A stretch of DNA of 32,000 nt from Faecalibaculum rodentium (lineage in GTDB: Bacteria; Bacillota_I; Bacilli_A; Erysipelotrichales; Erysipelotrichaceae). The stretch covers positions 1,290,001-1,322,000 of the forward strand of contig NZ_CP011391.1 in assembly GCF_001564455.1 (NCBI RefSeq). Direction: 5' to 3'. Below the pieces are notes generated by a model. It did not search any database. It saw only the letters and a program-made list of their open reading frames with translations, and was not told the origin of the DNA. Both the position numbers and the translations under genes were made by a program. Below are positions 1 to 9,264 of this stretch, one piece after another (position 1 is the stretch's first letter; each line of letters starts with the position of its first letter).

Positions 1-135
1 AAACACAATTCCTATGGCTTTACCAACTGGGTCAGGTTCAGGAATCGTGTAATGTATGTGCTCGATCCAAAAGCGACATATTCTCTGGAGCCCAGGTTCG
101 GCAGTAAGGCTGTGAAAAAGAAGAAAAACAAGTAG
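1..135 (+). CDS. Partial CDS (3' end only): transposase C-terminal fragment, ISL3-family-like
   Basis: Frame 1 is open from the window edge to TAG at 133-135 and gives KHNSYGFTNWVRFRNRVMYVLDPKATYSLEPRFGSKAVKKKKNK*. The S-Y-G-F-x-N-x-x-x-F-R-x-R-V pattern matches my memory of ISL3 (IS204/IS1001/IS1096/IS1165) transposase C-termini. It is missing from the ORF track because there is no start codon in the window. Confidence 0.4.
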   Translation, partial: KHNSYGFTNWVRFRNRVMYVLDPKATYSLEPRFGSKAVKKKKNK

Positions 136-138
136 AAT

Positions 139-169
139 CAGGGGCTGCCCACAAAGTGGACAGCCCCTG
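139..169. other. GC-rich stem-loop just downstream of the transposase fragment (possible terminator or IS-end structure)
   Basis: CAGGGGCTGcCCAC-AAA-GTGGaCAGCCCCTG is a near-perfect 13-14 bp inverted repeat. No clear U-tract follows on either strand. Confidence 0.5.
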
Positions 170-300
170 AGTGCTTACTGTGATGTTCAAACTCCAAAGC
201 TCTGTAGGGTAACGGAAACCCTAAGGTATCTTTGGATGGGGTTAGTCTTCCTCCCTATCCAATTTTGGAGTGCCAGGAAAATCTGCTGCAGCCAGGCCAG

Positions 301-328
301 AGAAAAAGGCTCGACAGGAGCCTTTTCT
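301..328 (-). terminator. Putative intrinsic terminator of ptsH
   Basis: Minus strand reads AGAAAAGGCTC-CTGTC-GAGCCTTTTTCT about 20 nt after the ptsH stop. The T-run is partly inside the stem. Confidence 0.55.
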
Positions 329-348
329 GTTCAATCTCAATTCTGGTA

Positions 349-615
349 TCAGGCAATGATCTTCTGAGCGCGGAGCACTTCTTCGATTGCCTCGATGGCA
401 GCTTCTTCGTCGTCACCGGTTGCGGAGATCGTGATTTCGCTCTGTGTGGGGATGCCCAGGGACATAACACCCATGATGGACTTCATGTTCACTTCACGGC
501 CCTTGAATGCAACGTTTACGTCGGATTTGAATTTGCTGGCTGCGTTGACTGCAACGGTGGCCGGACGTGCGTGCAGACCTACCGGATCGATTACTGTAAC
601 TGTGACTTGTTTCAT
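349..615 (-). CDS. ptsH: Phosphocarrier protein HPr
   Basis: 88 aa. It has the His15 motif GLHARPA and the Ser46 region KSIMGVMSLG. SD AGGAGGAA lies 7 nt upstream of the ATG. Confidence 0.95.
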   Translation of the reverse strand: MKQVTVTVIDPVGLHARPATVAVNAASKFKSDVNVAFKGREVNMKSIMGVMSLGIPTQSEITISATGDDEEAAIEAIEEVLRAQKIIA

Positions 616-643
616 GATTGATTTCCTCCTGTTTTACACTTCG

Positions 644-671
644 ATAATATTTTATGCTACTCGGTTTTCAA
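644..671 (-). promoter_or_regulatory. Putative sigma-A promoter of ptsH
   Basis: Minus strand reads TTGAAA, a 16-nt spacer, then TATTAT, about 30 nt upstream of the ptsH ATG. Confidence 0.5.
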
Positions 672-688
672 ACTCAATAACGGGTTCG

Positions 689-1099
689 TCAAAATGCATC
701 CGCTTCCAGAACCGGAATATTCGACTCTTTCAGCCTGGCAGCAAAGATCCCCTGTCCGGGAACCAGCTCGCCGCTGAAGCTGCCGTCGTGGACCTGAGTG
801 GCTCCACAGCTTGGACTGCGCGGCTGAAGAATGACGAGATCGCAGTCTTTGACCTTCTCCAGGCAGCGCTGTGCACCCCGCTCATAGGCCACTGTATAGT
901 CCATGCCGTCACGACCGATCACCCGGCCGTTTTTCAGTTCACACGGTACCCGCGGACAGCTCAGTCCGCCTTCACACTCAGGACAGACCAGGATACAGTC
1001 ATGGTCTTTCAGAAATGCCTGTACCGCCGGATTGGCTTTCGATTTCCCGTCATACCGGCAGCGCTCTCCCATCAGGCAGGCGCTGACTCCCACTTTCAC
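689..1099 (-). CDS. DUF523 family protein (TudS-like 2-thiouracil desulfurase family, putative 4Fe-4S)
   Basis: 136 aa with the family hallmarks SACLMGERCRYDG, CPECEGG and SPSCG. The GTG start overlaps the glgA stop (GTGA). Confidence 0.75.
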   Translation of the reverse strand: MKVGVSACLMGERCRYDGKSKANPAVQAFLKDHDCILVCPECEGGLSCPRVPCELKNGRVIGRDGMDYTVAYERGAQRCLEKVKDCDLVILQPRSPSCGATQVHDGSFSGELVPGQGIFAARLKESNIPVLEADAF

Positions 1100-2538
1100 C
1101 GGTTAACCAGTTCGTTGTACAGCTGATTGTAGGTGGCCGCGGATTTCGCCCATGATACATCCGTATTCATGGCATTGGTCTGCAGCGTTTCCCAGTCGGC
1201 TTTCCGGTTGTAGTACACATCTGCTGCATAATACAGCGTATGCATAAGCTCGTTGGCGTTGTAGGAAGAGAAGCTGAATCCGTTGCCGGATTTGTCATAT
1301 TCGTTGTAGGGCGTGACGGTATCCTTCAGACCGCCGGTTTCACGTACCAGCGGAAGCGTTCCATACCGCATGGAACAAAGCTGGGAAATACCGCAGGGTT
1401 CGAACAGGGACGGCATCAGGAAAAGGTCGCTGCCTGCATAGATCCGGTGTGCCAGGTCCTCGTTGTAGCCTCGGTAGAAGCACACCTTGCCCTTGTGTTC
1501 GTTCTCCATGTTGCGGAACGCATCCTCGATCTTCGCTTCACCGCTGCCAAGAATTGCCAGCTGGATCGGGGCGGCTGCAAGTGCGGAGAGCTGTTCCATG
1601 AGCAGATAGAATCCCTTCTGCCAGGTCAGGCGCGATACAACCCCCACCAGCATGACATTCGGATTGACTTCCAGGCCCAGTTCCCGCTGCAGGTCAGCCT
1701 TGTCCTTCGCTTTGTTGGCCTTGAGGTTCACTTTGTTGTAGTGATGTGGAATGGCGGGATCTGTTGCGGGGTTCCAGACAGACAGGTCGATTCCGTTCAC
1801 GATGCCCCACAGGTCGTACTTGCGCATATTGAGTACCATTTCCAGGTGTTCGCCAAATTGCGGTGTCAGGATCTCCTGCGCATAGGTCGGGGATACAGTG
1901 GTAACTTTGTCGCTGTACAGAATACCGGACTTCAGGAAGGAAATACCACCGTCATACCGGACATTGCCGTTGTCCAGCAGGTACCAGGGAAGTCCCAGGC
2001 AGGAATCCAGCATTTCGGGACCAAAGTTGCCCTGATACGCCATGTTGTGCAGCGTAAGAACGAATTTCAGACGGCGGTACCGGTCATCGTGATCATGCGT
2101 TTCCCGTACCATGCAGGGAATCATGGCTGTCTGCCAGTCGTGGCAGTGCACAATGTTGGGCCAGTAGTTCAGCTGGTTGAACATTTCGATGACGGCCTTC
2201 TGGAAATAGGCGAAACGCTCACCGTCATCGTCATAGCCGTACAGGGAATCCCGTTCGAAATATCCCTGGTGCTGTACAAAGAAGAATGCCACAGGTCCCA
2301 CCATGGTGCTCCAGATGCGGACAGGCACTTCATGATAGTTGATGGACACTGTGTATTCGCAGCAGAAGTACAGGTCGTTCATGTATTTTTCCGCAATCTT
2401 GCGGTACAGGGGAAGAACCACCTTCACTTCATTACCCTGGTCGGCCAGGGCACCGGGAAGAGAACCAATGACATCCGCCAGTCCGCCGGTTTTGACAAAC
2501 GGGAGACCTTCGGAAGCGACCATGAGAACCGATGCCAT
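1096..2538 (-). CDS. glgA: Glycogen synthase (ADP-glucose type)
   Basis: 480 aa. N-terminal motif E(G/A)xPFxKTGGLADV is present as ASEGLPFVKTGGLADV. It lies downstream of glgC/glgD. Confidence 0.95.
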   Translation of the reverse strand: MASVLMVASEGLPFVKTGGLADVIGSLPGALADQGNEVKVVLPLYRKIAEKYMNDLYFCCEYTVSINYHEVPVRIWSTMVGPVAFFFVQHQGYFERDSLYGYDDDGERFAYFQKAVIEMFNQLNYWPNIVHCHDWQTAMIPCMVRETHDHDDRYRRLKFVLTLHNMAYQGNFGPEMLDSCLGLPWYLLDNGNVRYDGGISFLKSGILYSDKVTTVSPTYAQEILTPQFGEHLEMVLNMRKYDLWGIVNGIDLSVWNPATDPAIPHHYNKVNLKANKAKDKADLQRELGLEVNPNVMLVGVVSRLTWQKGFYLLMEQLSALAAAPIQLAILGSGEAKIEDAFRNMENEHKGKVCFYRGYNEDLAHRIYAGSDLFLMPSLFEPCGISQLCSMRYGTLPLVRETGGLKDTVTPYNEYDKSGNGFSFSSYNANELMHTLYYAADVYYNRKADWETLQTNAMNTDVSWAKSAATYNQLYNELVNR

Positions 2539-3653
2539 CAGACAGTCTCCCTTCTGTCAATGTAGACCGGTTCATCCACAGTGCCGGCCAGGTCCTTCTT
2601 GTGGACAATGTGTGCGCCCTTGTCGATCACGACATTGCACAGGTTGGCATTGTCGCCGATTTCTGCACCGGGCAGGATGACGCAGTTGTCCACACTTGCA
2701 TCCTTGCCAATGGTCACACCGCGTCCGACGATGGAGTTTGTGACTTCGCCGGCAATCTGACAGCCGTTGGAGACAAATGTGCGGTTGGTGCTGCCGCCGG
2801 GCAGGTAGGAAGCCGGTGCGGAATCATTGGTGCGGGTGTAGATCGGCCAGTCGGGATCGTTGAAGTCCTTGAAGTTCTCTTCGTTGAGCATCTTCAGGTT
2901 GCTCTGGAAGTAGGATCGGAGATCATAGATGGAATATACATGACCGCGATAGTTGACTGCCTTGATGTTCATGTCGGCACAGCTGGCATTCAGGATGTCA
3001 CGGAACCAGAACATGGCGGAAGTGGCGCGCGCCTTCTTCACTAGGTCCACGAATACCTTCTTGCTCATGACATAGGTCATCAGGGACAGGTTCCGGTTCT
3101 TGTTCGTCCCGCGGTTGCGGTCGATCGCCGTGACCCTGTGGTCCTTGTCGAATTCCAGGATGTCGCAGTTGATGAACTCTTCCCTGGCTGTATCGATTTT
3201 CTGGTACAGAATGGATACATCCGCACCGGAAGCCGCGTGGGTATCCAGCAGGTCGGCGTAGTTGCATTTGTAGATATAGTTGTCCGGGGCAATGATCACG
3301 AACTCGTTCACATCGCGCTCGATCTGGTACAGGTTGTTGTAATACTGCTGTACATCGGGCACAGTGCTCGGACGCTGTCCGTCGGTGAACACAGGAATGA
3401 TTCCTACGTGACCATGCTTGGAGTTGATGTTGTAGTGACGGCCGTCTCCCACGTGTTCAAACAGGACCTTGGGATCTCCGTTGGTATAGACATCAATGCA
3501 GTCCATGCCGGAATTGGCCATGTTGGAAACCGGGAAATCCATCAGCCGGTACCGGCCCAGGAAGTTGAAGGCCGCAATCGGACGGTGCTTTTCCAGCCCC
3601 TCCACGTAAATGCTGTTGTCGTTGTAGGCAACGATGCCAAGTGCATTGAACAT
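2538..3653 (-). CDS. glgD: Glucose-1-phosphate adenylyltransferase, GlgD (regulatory) subunit
   Basis: 371 aa GlgC paralog. It lacks the N-terminal GGxGxRL loop and has a left-handed beta-helix C-terminus. It sits between glgC and glgA as in Bacillus-type operons. Its stop overlaps the glgA ATG by 1 nt. Confidence 0.85.
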   Translation of the reverse strand: MFNALGIVAYNDNSIYVEGLEKHRPIAAFNFLGRYRLMDFPVSNMANSGMDCIDVYTNGDPKVLFEHVGDGRHYNINSKHGHVGIIPVFTDGQRPSTVPDVQQYYNNLYQIERDVNEFVIIAPDNYIYKCNYADLLDTHAASGADVSILYQKIDTAREEFINCDILEFDKDHRVTAIDRNRGTNKNRNLSLMTYVMSKKVFVDLVKKARATSAMFWFRDILNASCADMNIKAVNYRGHVYSIYDLRSYFQSNLKMLNEENFKDFNDPDWPIYTRTNDSAPASYLPGGSTNRTFVSNGCQIAGEVTNSIVGRGVTIGKDASVDNCVILPGAEIGDNANLCNVVIDKGAHIVHKKDLAGTVDEPVYIDRRETV

Positions 3654-3656
3654 GGC

Positions 3657-4796
3657 TTACTCCCCTTTCTTCACACGTTTGGCGACAAGCTTGATTTCCT
3701 TGCTGGAAAGAGACCCGACTTCCGCCTCCGGATCCACCTTGATGTCTTCGGCAACAATCGCACGGTATACCTTTGCACCCTTGCCGATGTGGACATTGGG
3801 CATCAGGACAGACTGCTCGACCACAGCACCCTCGTCAATGGTGACACCGTTGAACAGGACAGAATCCTTTGCAGTGCCATTGATCGTGGCACCCTGGTTG
3901 ATGTAGCAGTGTTCGACCTTGCCCGTGGCTCCCACATAATGAGGAAGAACCGGTACATCGGAGGTGTAGATCTTCCAGTTGGGATCATCCAGGTCCAGGC
4001 CGCTCTTCTTGTCCAGAAGGTCCATGTTGGCTTCCCACAGGGAATCGATCGTTCCCACATCCTTCCAGTAGCCGTCAAACTGCCAGGCATACAGGCGCTT
4101 GTCCTGTGCCAGAAGGGCCGGAATGATGTCTTTGCCGAAATCGTGGGAGCTATCCTTGTTCTTGGCATCCAGCAGCAGTTCCCTGCGCAGCAGCTTCCAG
4201 TTGAAAATATAGATGCCCATGCTGGCCAGGTTGCTCTTGGGTTCCGCCGGTTTTTCCTGGAATTCCGTGATCATGCTCTCGTCGTTGACAGCCATGATGC
4301 CAAACCGGCTGGCTTCCTTCCAGGGGACCTGCAGGACCGCAATGGTGGCGTCTGCACTGTTGGCTTTGTGGTCCGACAGCATCCGGTCGTAGTCCATCTT
4401 GTAGATGTGGTCACCGGAGAGAATCAGCACATATTCGGGATCGAATTCATCAATGAAATCGATGTTCTGCGTGATGGCGTCAGCTGTGCCGGCATAGACA
4501 TCGAATTTGGTTCCGTCTTTTTCCGAAGGCGGCAGTACATAGACTCCGCTTCCCCTGGTATCCAGGCCCCAGCGCTGTCCGGCACCTGCATAGGCATTCA
4601 GCTGCACGGGTTCATACTGAGTCAGGACGCCGACAACGTTGATGTTGGAATTGGCGCAGTTCGAAATCGGAAAGTCGATGATCCGGTATTTTCCGCCGAA
4701 GTAAACCGCCGGCTTGGCAGTCTTCTTCGTCAGATCGAACAGCCGCGTTCCGCGTCCACCCGCAAGAATCATTGCGAGCATGTTGTTCTGTTCCAT
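3657..4796 (-). CDS. glgC: Glucose-1-phosphate adenylyltransferase
   Basis: LAGGRGTRL motif and a hexapeptide-repeat C-terminus. I moved the start to the ATG at 4796 (MEQNNML...) because GGAGGAAG lies 6 nt upstream. The track start at 4817 has no SD. Confidence 0.95.
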   Translation of the reverse strand: MEQNNMLAMILAGGRGTRLFDLTKKTAKPAVYFGGKYRIIDFPISNCANSNINVVGVLTQYEPVQLNAYAGAGQRWGLDTRGSGVYVLPPSEKDGTKFDVYAGTADAITQNIDFIDEFDPEYVLILSGDHIYKMDYDRMLSDHKANSADATIAVLQVPWKEASRFGIMAVNDESMITEFQEKPAEPKSNLASMGIYIFNWKLLRRELLLDAKNKDSSHDFGKDIIPALLAQDKRLYAWQFDGYWKDVGTIDSLWEANMDLLDKKSGLDLDDPNWKIYTSDVPVLPHYVGATGKVEHCYINQGATINGTAKDSVLFNGVTIDEGAVVEQSVLMPNVHIGKGAKVYRAIVAEDIKVDPEAEVGSLSSKEIKLVAKRVKKGE

Positions 4797-4892
4797 GGTT
4801 CTTCCTCCTAAATCCATTTAACTGTGTTCAGTATAACACTATTCTGCCTTCCTGATGGAAAGCCCTGGATATGAAAGTGCCTACAAATTGAC

Positions 4893-4947
4893 CAAAAACT
4901 GCACAAAAACAGCCCGGGGTCTGTCTTTGTGACACTACCCCCGGGCT
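4893..4947 (-). terminator. Intrinsic terminator between the ABC gene and glgC
   Basis: Minus strand has AGCCCGGGG-loop-CCCCGGGCT (9 bp GC stem) followed by GTTTTTGTGCAGTTTTT. Confidence 0.6.
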
Positions 4948-5143
4948 TTGTACCGGCAGTCTCATGACATTCACACCACCAACCGGCAGGAAAACGCATT
5001 CACATACTCCCTGCATGCCCTGCTCAACCGGATTTTCAGGGAACCCGGTCACAATCCGTCCAGTCCTGTGACCGCACAATTTCCCCGGCTCTTGTCTTCC
5101 AGGCATGCCGGCTTGCCGGCATGCCATCTGCAGGAAACAGAGC

Positions 5144-7741
5144 TTATTCCGACCGCAGGGCCTGCACCGGATCCTTTCGGGCAGCCATGCGCGCCGGGAT
5201 CAGACCGGCCAGCATCGTAAGCAAAAGTTCCACTCCGATCAGGATCACCGCTCCATTCAGGGGCATCTGCGCAATGCCGGCCACACCCGTCATGCGCTCG
5301 ATTACCATCGAAATCGGGATATTGAGCAGCACCGTAAGTCCCACGCCAAGAAGTCCCGACAACAGGCCGATGATGAACGTCTCCGCGTTGAAGACATTCG
5401 TCACGTCACGCTTGCTGGCGCCCATGGCCCGGAGGATGCCGATCTCCTTGACCCGCTCCAGGACGGAAATATAGGTGATGATGCCGATCATGATGCTGCT
5501 GACCACCAGGGAAATGCTCACGAATGCCATCAGCACATAGGAAATGATGTTGATGATATCCGATACACCGCTCATCATGGTCCCGACTGCATCGTTGTAG
5601 GAAATGACATTCGCATCATTGCCTTCTGCCTGCTGCAGGTCGTTGTACTCTGCAATCAGGTCCCCGATCTTCTCCTTGTCCTCGAAGGTATCCGCATACA
5701 GGTCAATGGAGGTCGGAGTGTCGTCATTGAAGATTCCGAGTTTCGCCATGTTCGACTCATACGTGGCATTGGCTGCATCGTTGTAGGAAGCCATGTAGTC
5801 CATCAGCTCCTGCTGAGACAGACTTGCCAGCATCATCTGCTGCTCGGGGGTCAGATTGGCTGCAGTCAGCTGTGCGGAGTCCCCGAATTTCCGTCCGGTA
5901 AATACGTTCACATCCTGGTGTGCCTCCTGCTCCTTCACGATTTTGCTGCTCTTTCCCTCAGTCCGGATCCAGTTTTCCAGACTCCGGTCGTAATACACAC
6001 CGCCCATGGTGCTTACAGGACCAAGAGATGTTTCCCGGGGTTTCATGATCCCGGTGATCTTCAGCGTCCTGCCGTTTGTCACAGCTTCCTGAACAAAGGC
6101 CTCGTCTTCCGATTCATCCACCCAGATGTTCCCCACTTTTTTATACAGGGCGCTGTTGGGCACGAGCGTGAATTCCATGCCCAGGAGTTCGTCCTTGGTA
6201 TATGCAACCGGCTTTCCCGGCGTGATCTCTTCGGTCTTCTCCGCCTGCAGATCCTTGTAGTTTTCCACCAGTTCCGACTGATTCATCAAACCCAGGGAAT
6301 ACAGCGTGAAATCCGATATCTCCCCGCTGTCATCCACCTCCAGCATGACCTCATCTTCGTTTTCCGGCCAGTGACCATCCAGCAGTTCATATTCCCTGTC
6401 ACGCAGGGAGGACTCCGCCGGAAGCGCCATCCAGACTTCGCTGCCGGGCATGGCAGACGACATGCCGCCCATGAACTGGTCACGCAGGCTGATCATGTCG
6501 CTCATTCCCAGCTCATCCATCAGACCGTTGGGAGACACCGCAACAAGCTTGTCCCCTACTGCCTGTTTGTTATAGACATGCATGGTGATGCCATAGTTGT
6601 ACTCGATGGCGCTGGCTGTTTCTTTCAGCTCCTGTCCCCCGGGGCTGTTCAGGTATTTCCGGAACGCCGTCAGGTTGTTTTTCTCGGTATCCGCAATGGA
6701 ACCCAGCAGCTTGTCCGCAAATGCCCGGGAACGTACCGTCCCGTCATAGGACTTCTTCTCCCCCTGCTCATCCCGGTCCATCATGGCGGACATCAGCACG
6801 CTCATGTCCATGGTGTTGTCCTCGATCGTGACCGGATAGCTTGTTATGGTATCCTGTTCCACCCGGTCGATATACCCCTGCATGCCACTGGACAGAGACA
6901 TGATCAGCCCAATGCCGATAATGCCGATGCTGCCAGCAAAGGCAGTGAGCAGAGTCCGGCCTTTTTTTGTGAGCAGATTGTTGAAGGAAAGGGACAGGGC
7001 TGTGCCGAATTTCATGGAGGGCTTCTTCAGCGGCTTCTGTTCATCCTCCAGTTCTTCTCCTTCCCTGACCGGATCGGAATCCGAGACGATCTCCCCGTCA
7101 CGCAGGCGGATGATCCGCGTGGAGTACTGCTGTGCGAGTTCGGGATTGTGTGTGACCATGATGACCAGCCGGTCCTTTGCGATTTCCTTGAGCAGGTCCA
7201 TGATCTGCACCGAGGTATGGGAATCCAGGGCGCCTGTGGGTTCATCCGCCAGGAGGATCTCCGGGTCGTTCACCAGTGCCCGGGCAATGGCCACACGCTG
7301 CATCTGTCCGCCGGACATCTGTGTCGGTTTCTTGTTGAGCTGATCCTTCAGCCCCACTTTCTCCAGTGCGGCAGCCGCCCGCTTTTCCCGCTCATCTTTC
7401 GGCACATCTGTCAGCGCCATGGACAGAGCCACATTCTGCAGTACGGTCTGGTGCATGATAAGGTTGTAGCTTTGGAACACAAACCCGATCCTGTGGTTCC
7501 GGTACGTATCCCAGTCCTTGTCGGTGTAGTCCTTTGTGCTTCGTCCGTTGATGACGAGATTGCCGCTGTTGTAGTTGTCCAGGCCGCCGATGATGTTCAG
7601 CAGCGTGGTCTTTCCGCAGCCCGAGGGACCGAGAATCGATACGAATTCATTGTCCCGGAATGTCACTGTAAGATCCCGGATCGCATGGACGATTTCATCC
7701 CCCGTATAGTAGTCCTTGACCAGATGTTCCAGTCTGAGCAT
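5144..7741 (-). CDS. Fused ABC transporter ATP-binding/FtsX-type permease (MacB-like)
   Basis: N-terminus has Walker A GPSGCGKTT, signature LSGGQMQRV, Walker B LLADEPTGALD and H-loop VTHN. C-terminus has a TM helix, a large extracytoplasmic domain and 3 TM helices with the FtsX loop ERVKEIGILRAMGASKRDV. Start set at the ATG at 7741 (MLRLEHL) with GGAGGCA SD. Confidence 0.9.
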   Translation of the reverse strand: MLRLEHLVKDYYTGDEIVHAIRDLTVTFRDNEFVSILGPSGCGKTTLLNIIGGLDNYNSGNLVINGRSTKDYTDKDWDTYRNHRIGFVFQSYNLIMHQTVLQNVALSMALTDVPKDEREKRAAAALEKVGLKDQLNKKPTQMSGGQMQRVAIARALVNDPEILLADEPTGALDSHTSVQIMDLLKEIAKDRLVIMVTHNPELAQQYSTRIIRLRDGEIVSDSDPVREGEELEDEQKPLKKPSMKFGTALSLSFNNLLTKKGRTLLTAFAGSIGIIGIGLIMSLSSGMQGYIDRVEQDTITSYPVTIEDNTMDMSVLMSAMMDRDEQGEKKSYDGTVRSRAFADKLLGSIADTEKNNLTAFRKYLNSPGGQELKETASAIEYNYGITMHVYNKQAVGDKLVAVSPNGLMDELGMSDMISLRDQFMGGMSSAMPGSEVWMALPAESSLRDREYELLDGHWPENEDEVMLEVDDSGEISDFTLYSLGLMNQSELVENYKDLQAEKTEEITPGKPVAYTKDELLGMEFTLVPNSALYKKVGNIWVDESEDEAFVQEAVTNGRTLKITGIMKPRETSLGPVSTMGGVYYDRSLENWIRTEGKSSKIVKEQEAHQDVNVFTGRKFGDSAQLTAANLTPEQQMMLASLSQQELMDYMASYNDAANATYESNMAKLGIFNDDTPTSIDLYADTFEDKEKIGDLIAEYNDLQQAEGNDANVISYNDAVGTMMSGVSDIINIISYVLMAFVSISLVVSSIMIGIITYISVLERVKEIGILRAMGASKRDVTNVFNAETFIIGLLSGLLGVGLTVLLNIPISMVIERMTGVAGIAQMPLNGAVILIGVELLLTMLAGLIPARMAARKDPVQALRSE

Positions 7742-7921
7742 GATGCCTCCTGTTCTGTTGCCTGACCGGGCTGTCAGGCATGGCTGTACCATACTCTGCC
7801 TGCCCGGATACGGATGTCTCCTGTATATGAGTGGCTAAAGTATGTGCGAAACAGCCGCCACTTTCAAGGATGCAGGTCTGCGTTTTACCGGAATTTTCCT
7901 TAAAATGGTGGTGGTGATGAT

Positions 7922-9169
7922 ATGCAGAACTTCAGTCGTTTCCTGTCGGCCCATTCCCGGGCGGCAGCGGAATTTGTCTTCCTGTCCGGAGCCGGTGTGC
8001 TCATCGGACTCTCGGTTTCCCTGTTCGAAGTGCTTTTCGGATACGGACTGATCCTGATTGAACAGTGGAGGACCGCGTTTCCCCTCTGGACCTTCCTCGT
8101 CCTGCCGCTGGCCGGTCTTCTTGTCGTGTGGCTGTTCCAGAAATACGGCGGCCTTGCCTGCAAGGGCATGAACCTCATCTTCGAGGTCTCCCAGGGAAAA
8201 CCCGAACGCATTCCCCGACGCACAGTGTTCCTCATGACCGTCTGCACCTGGCTGTCCCGGCTGGCCGGAGCCTCCGTGGGACGGGAGGGTGTAGCCGTCC
8301 AGATCGGGGCCGCTGTATCCTGGCAGTTCGGACATTTTTTCCACAAAAAACTGGACATCGAAAACATCCGGACGATTTTTCTGGTCACCGGCATGGCCGC
8401 GGGCTTTGCCGGGTTGTTCGGAACTCCGTTTTCCGCCGTTTTCTTCGCCCTGGAAGTCCTTGTGGCGGGAACACTGAAATACCGGGCCATGGCTCCTGCC
8501 ATCTGTGCCGCGTTTTCCGCCTCCTGGCTCTCTGCCAGACTGGGGCTTTCGGCGGAAGGCTATGCCATCCGGATGCTGCTGCCGTTTTCCATTGAGACAT
8601 TCTGGCTGCCGCTGCTGATGATGGGACTTGCCTTCGGTCTGGCTGGCGGATTGTTTGCCTGGGGACTGCGCAGAGTGAGAAAGACCGTTACGGACAGATT
8701 TCCCGACCCCTTCAGGCGGATCCTGATCCTGGGCACGGTCCTTGCCTGCCTCATGATCCTCACAGGCGGCCGGTATGCAGGTAGCGGTGCCGCACTGATT
8801 GCGGCTCCCTTTGCCGGTGATCCCATGTATGCCTGGGACTTCCTGCTCAAGGCAGGATTCACCATCCTGTCACTTTCCGCAGGCTTTGTCGGTGGAGAGG
8901 TCACGCCGCTGTTTGCCATTGGCGTGTCCCTGGGAACGGTGATCGGCCCGCTGTTTGGCCTGGATCCCATGCTTTCGGCCGCCCTGGGATTTGCCGCGGT
9001 GTTCGGGTCCGGCACCAACACCTTCCTGTCTCCGGTCATGATCGGCATGGAAGTCTTCGGTTTCCAGTGGTTTCCGTTCTTCTTTGTGGTCTGCGCCGTC
9101 AGCTACCTTGTGAACCGCGACCAGTCCATCTACTCCCTCCAGAGCCGGTACGGTCTGCACGATGTGTAA
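7922..9169 (+). CDS. ClC family anion channel/antiporter, probably CLC-F (fluoride/proton) subtype
   Basis: 415 aa polytopic protein with GREGVAVQIG (gating Glu), GLFGTPFSAVFFALE and GGEVTPLFAIG. The canonical GSGIP serine motif is replaced by GMNLI. As I recall, short length, Met/Asn at the Ser-cen position and GxEVTP mark CLC-F. Confidence 0.8.
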   Translation: MQNFSRFLSAHSRAAAEFVFLSGAGVLIGLSVSLFEVLFGYGLILIEQWRTAFPLWTFLVLPLAGLLVVWLFQKYGGLACKGMNLIFEVSQGKPERIPRRTVFLMTVCTWLSRLAGASVGREGVAVQIGAAVSWQFGHFFHKKLDIENIRTIFLVTGMAAGFAGLFGTPFSAVFFALEVLVAGTLKYRAMAPAICAAFSASWLSARLGLSAEGYAIRMLLPFSIETFWLPLLMMGLAFGLAGGLFAWGLRRVRKTVTDRFPDPFRRILILGTVLACLMILTGGRYAGSGAALIAAPFAGDPMYAWDFLLKAGFTILSLSAGFVGGEVTPLFAIGVSLGTVIGPLFGLDPMLSAALGFAAVFGSGTNTFLSPVMIGMEVFGFQWFPFFFVVCAVSYLVNRDQSIYSLQSRYGLHDV

Positions 9170-9204
9170 GTCCGGCAATGACCGGCACTCCCGGACAACA
9201 GAGC

Positions 9205-9252
9205 AACAGACAACGGGCGGATCTCACGCAGGGATCCGCCCGTCTGTTGTTC
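9205..9252. terminator. Bidirectional hairpin between convergent ClC and SOR genes
   Basis: ACAGACAACGGGCGGATC-loop-GATCCGCCCGTCTGTTGT is a long imperfect inverted repeat with a 9 bp perfect GC-rich core. Confidence 0.6.
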
Positions 9253-9264
9253 TGGTGACTGAAT

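Noticed and set aside
232-621. 129-aa plus-strand ORF overlapping ptsH.
   Set aside because: It is antisense to the unmistakable HPr gene and has no SD and no motifs.
5102-5125. Perfect GC palindrome GGCATGCCGGC-TT-GCCGGCATGCC after the ABC gene stop, considered as its terminator.
   Set aside because: No U-tract follows on the transcribed strand. The better terminator, with T-runs, is at 4893-4947. I left it as an unexplained hairpin only.
5105-7765. Very long ORFs antisense to real genes. Examples are 886 aa opposite the ABC gene, and also 1240..2565, 3138..4811, 15184..16197, 16298..17830, 19150..20637, 30003..30755 and 30782..31687.
   Set aside because: Their products are low-complexity R/G/H/Q/V-rich strings with no motifs. 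For the 5105..7765 pair I checked the phase. The antisense codons are exactly codon-aligned with the sense gene, so an antisense stop needs a sense TTA, CTA or TCA codon. A GC-biased codon usage that avoids those codons keeps the mirror frame open. The real genes have clear motifs and SD sites.
7800-7921. Possible fluoride (crcB-motif) riboswitch upstream of the CLC-F-like gene.
   Set aside because: I could not find the conserved GGnGAUG / AACCGCC / GAUGAUnCCUAC segments on the gene strand. Only unrelated short hairpins are present. A covariance-model search is needed to be sure.
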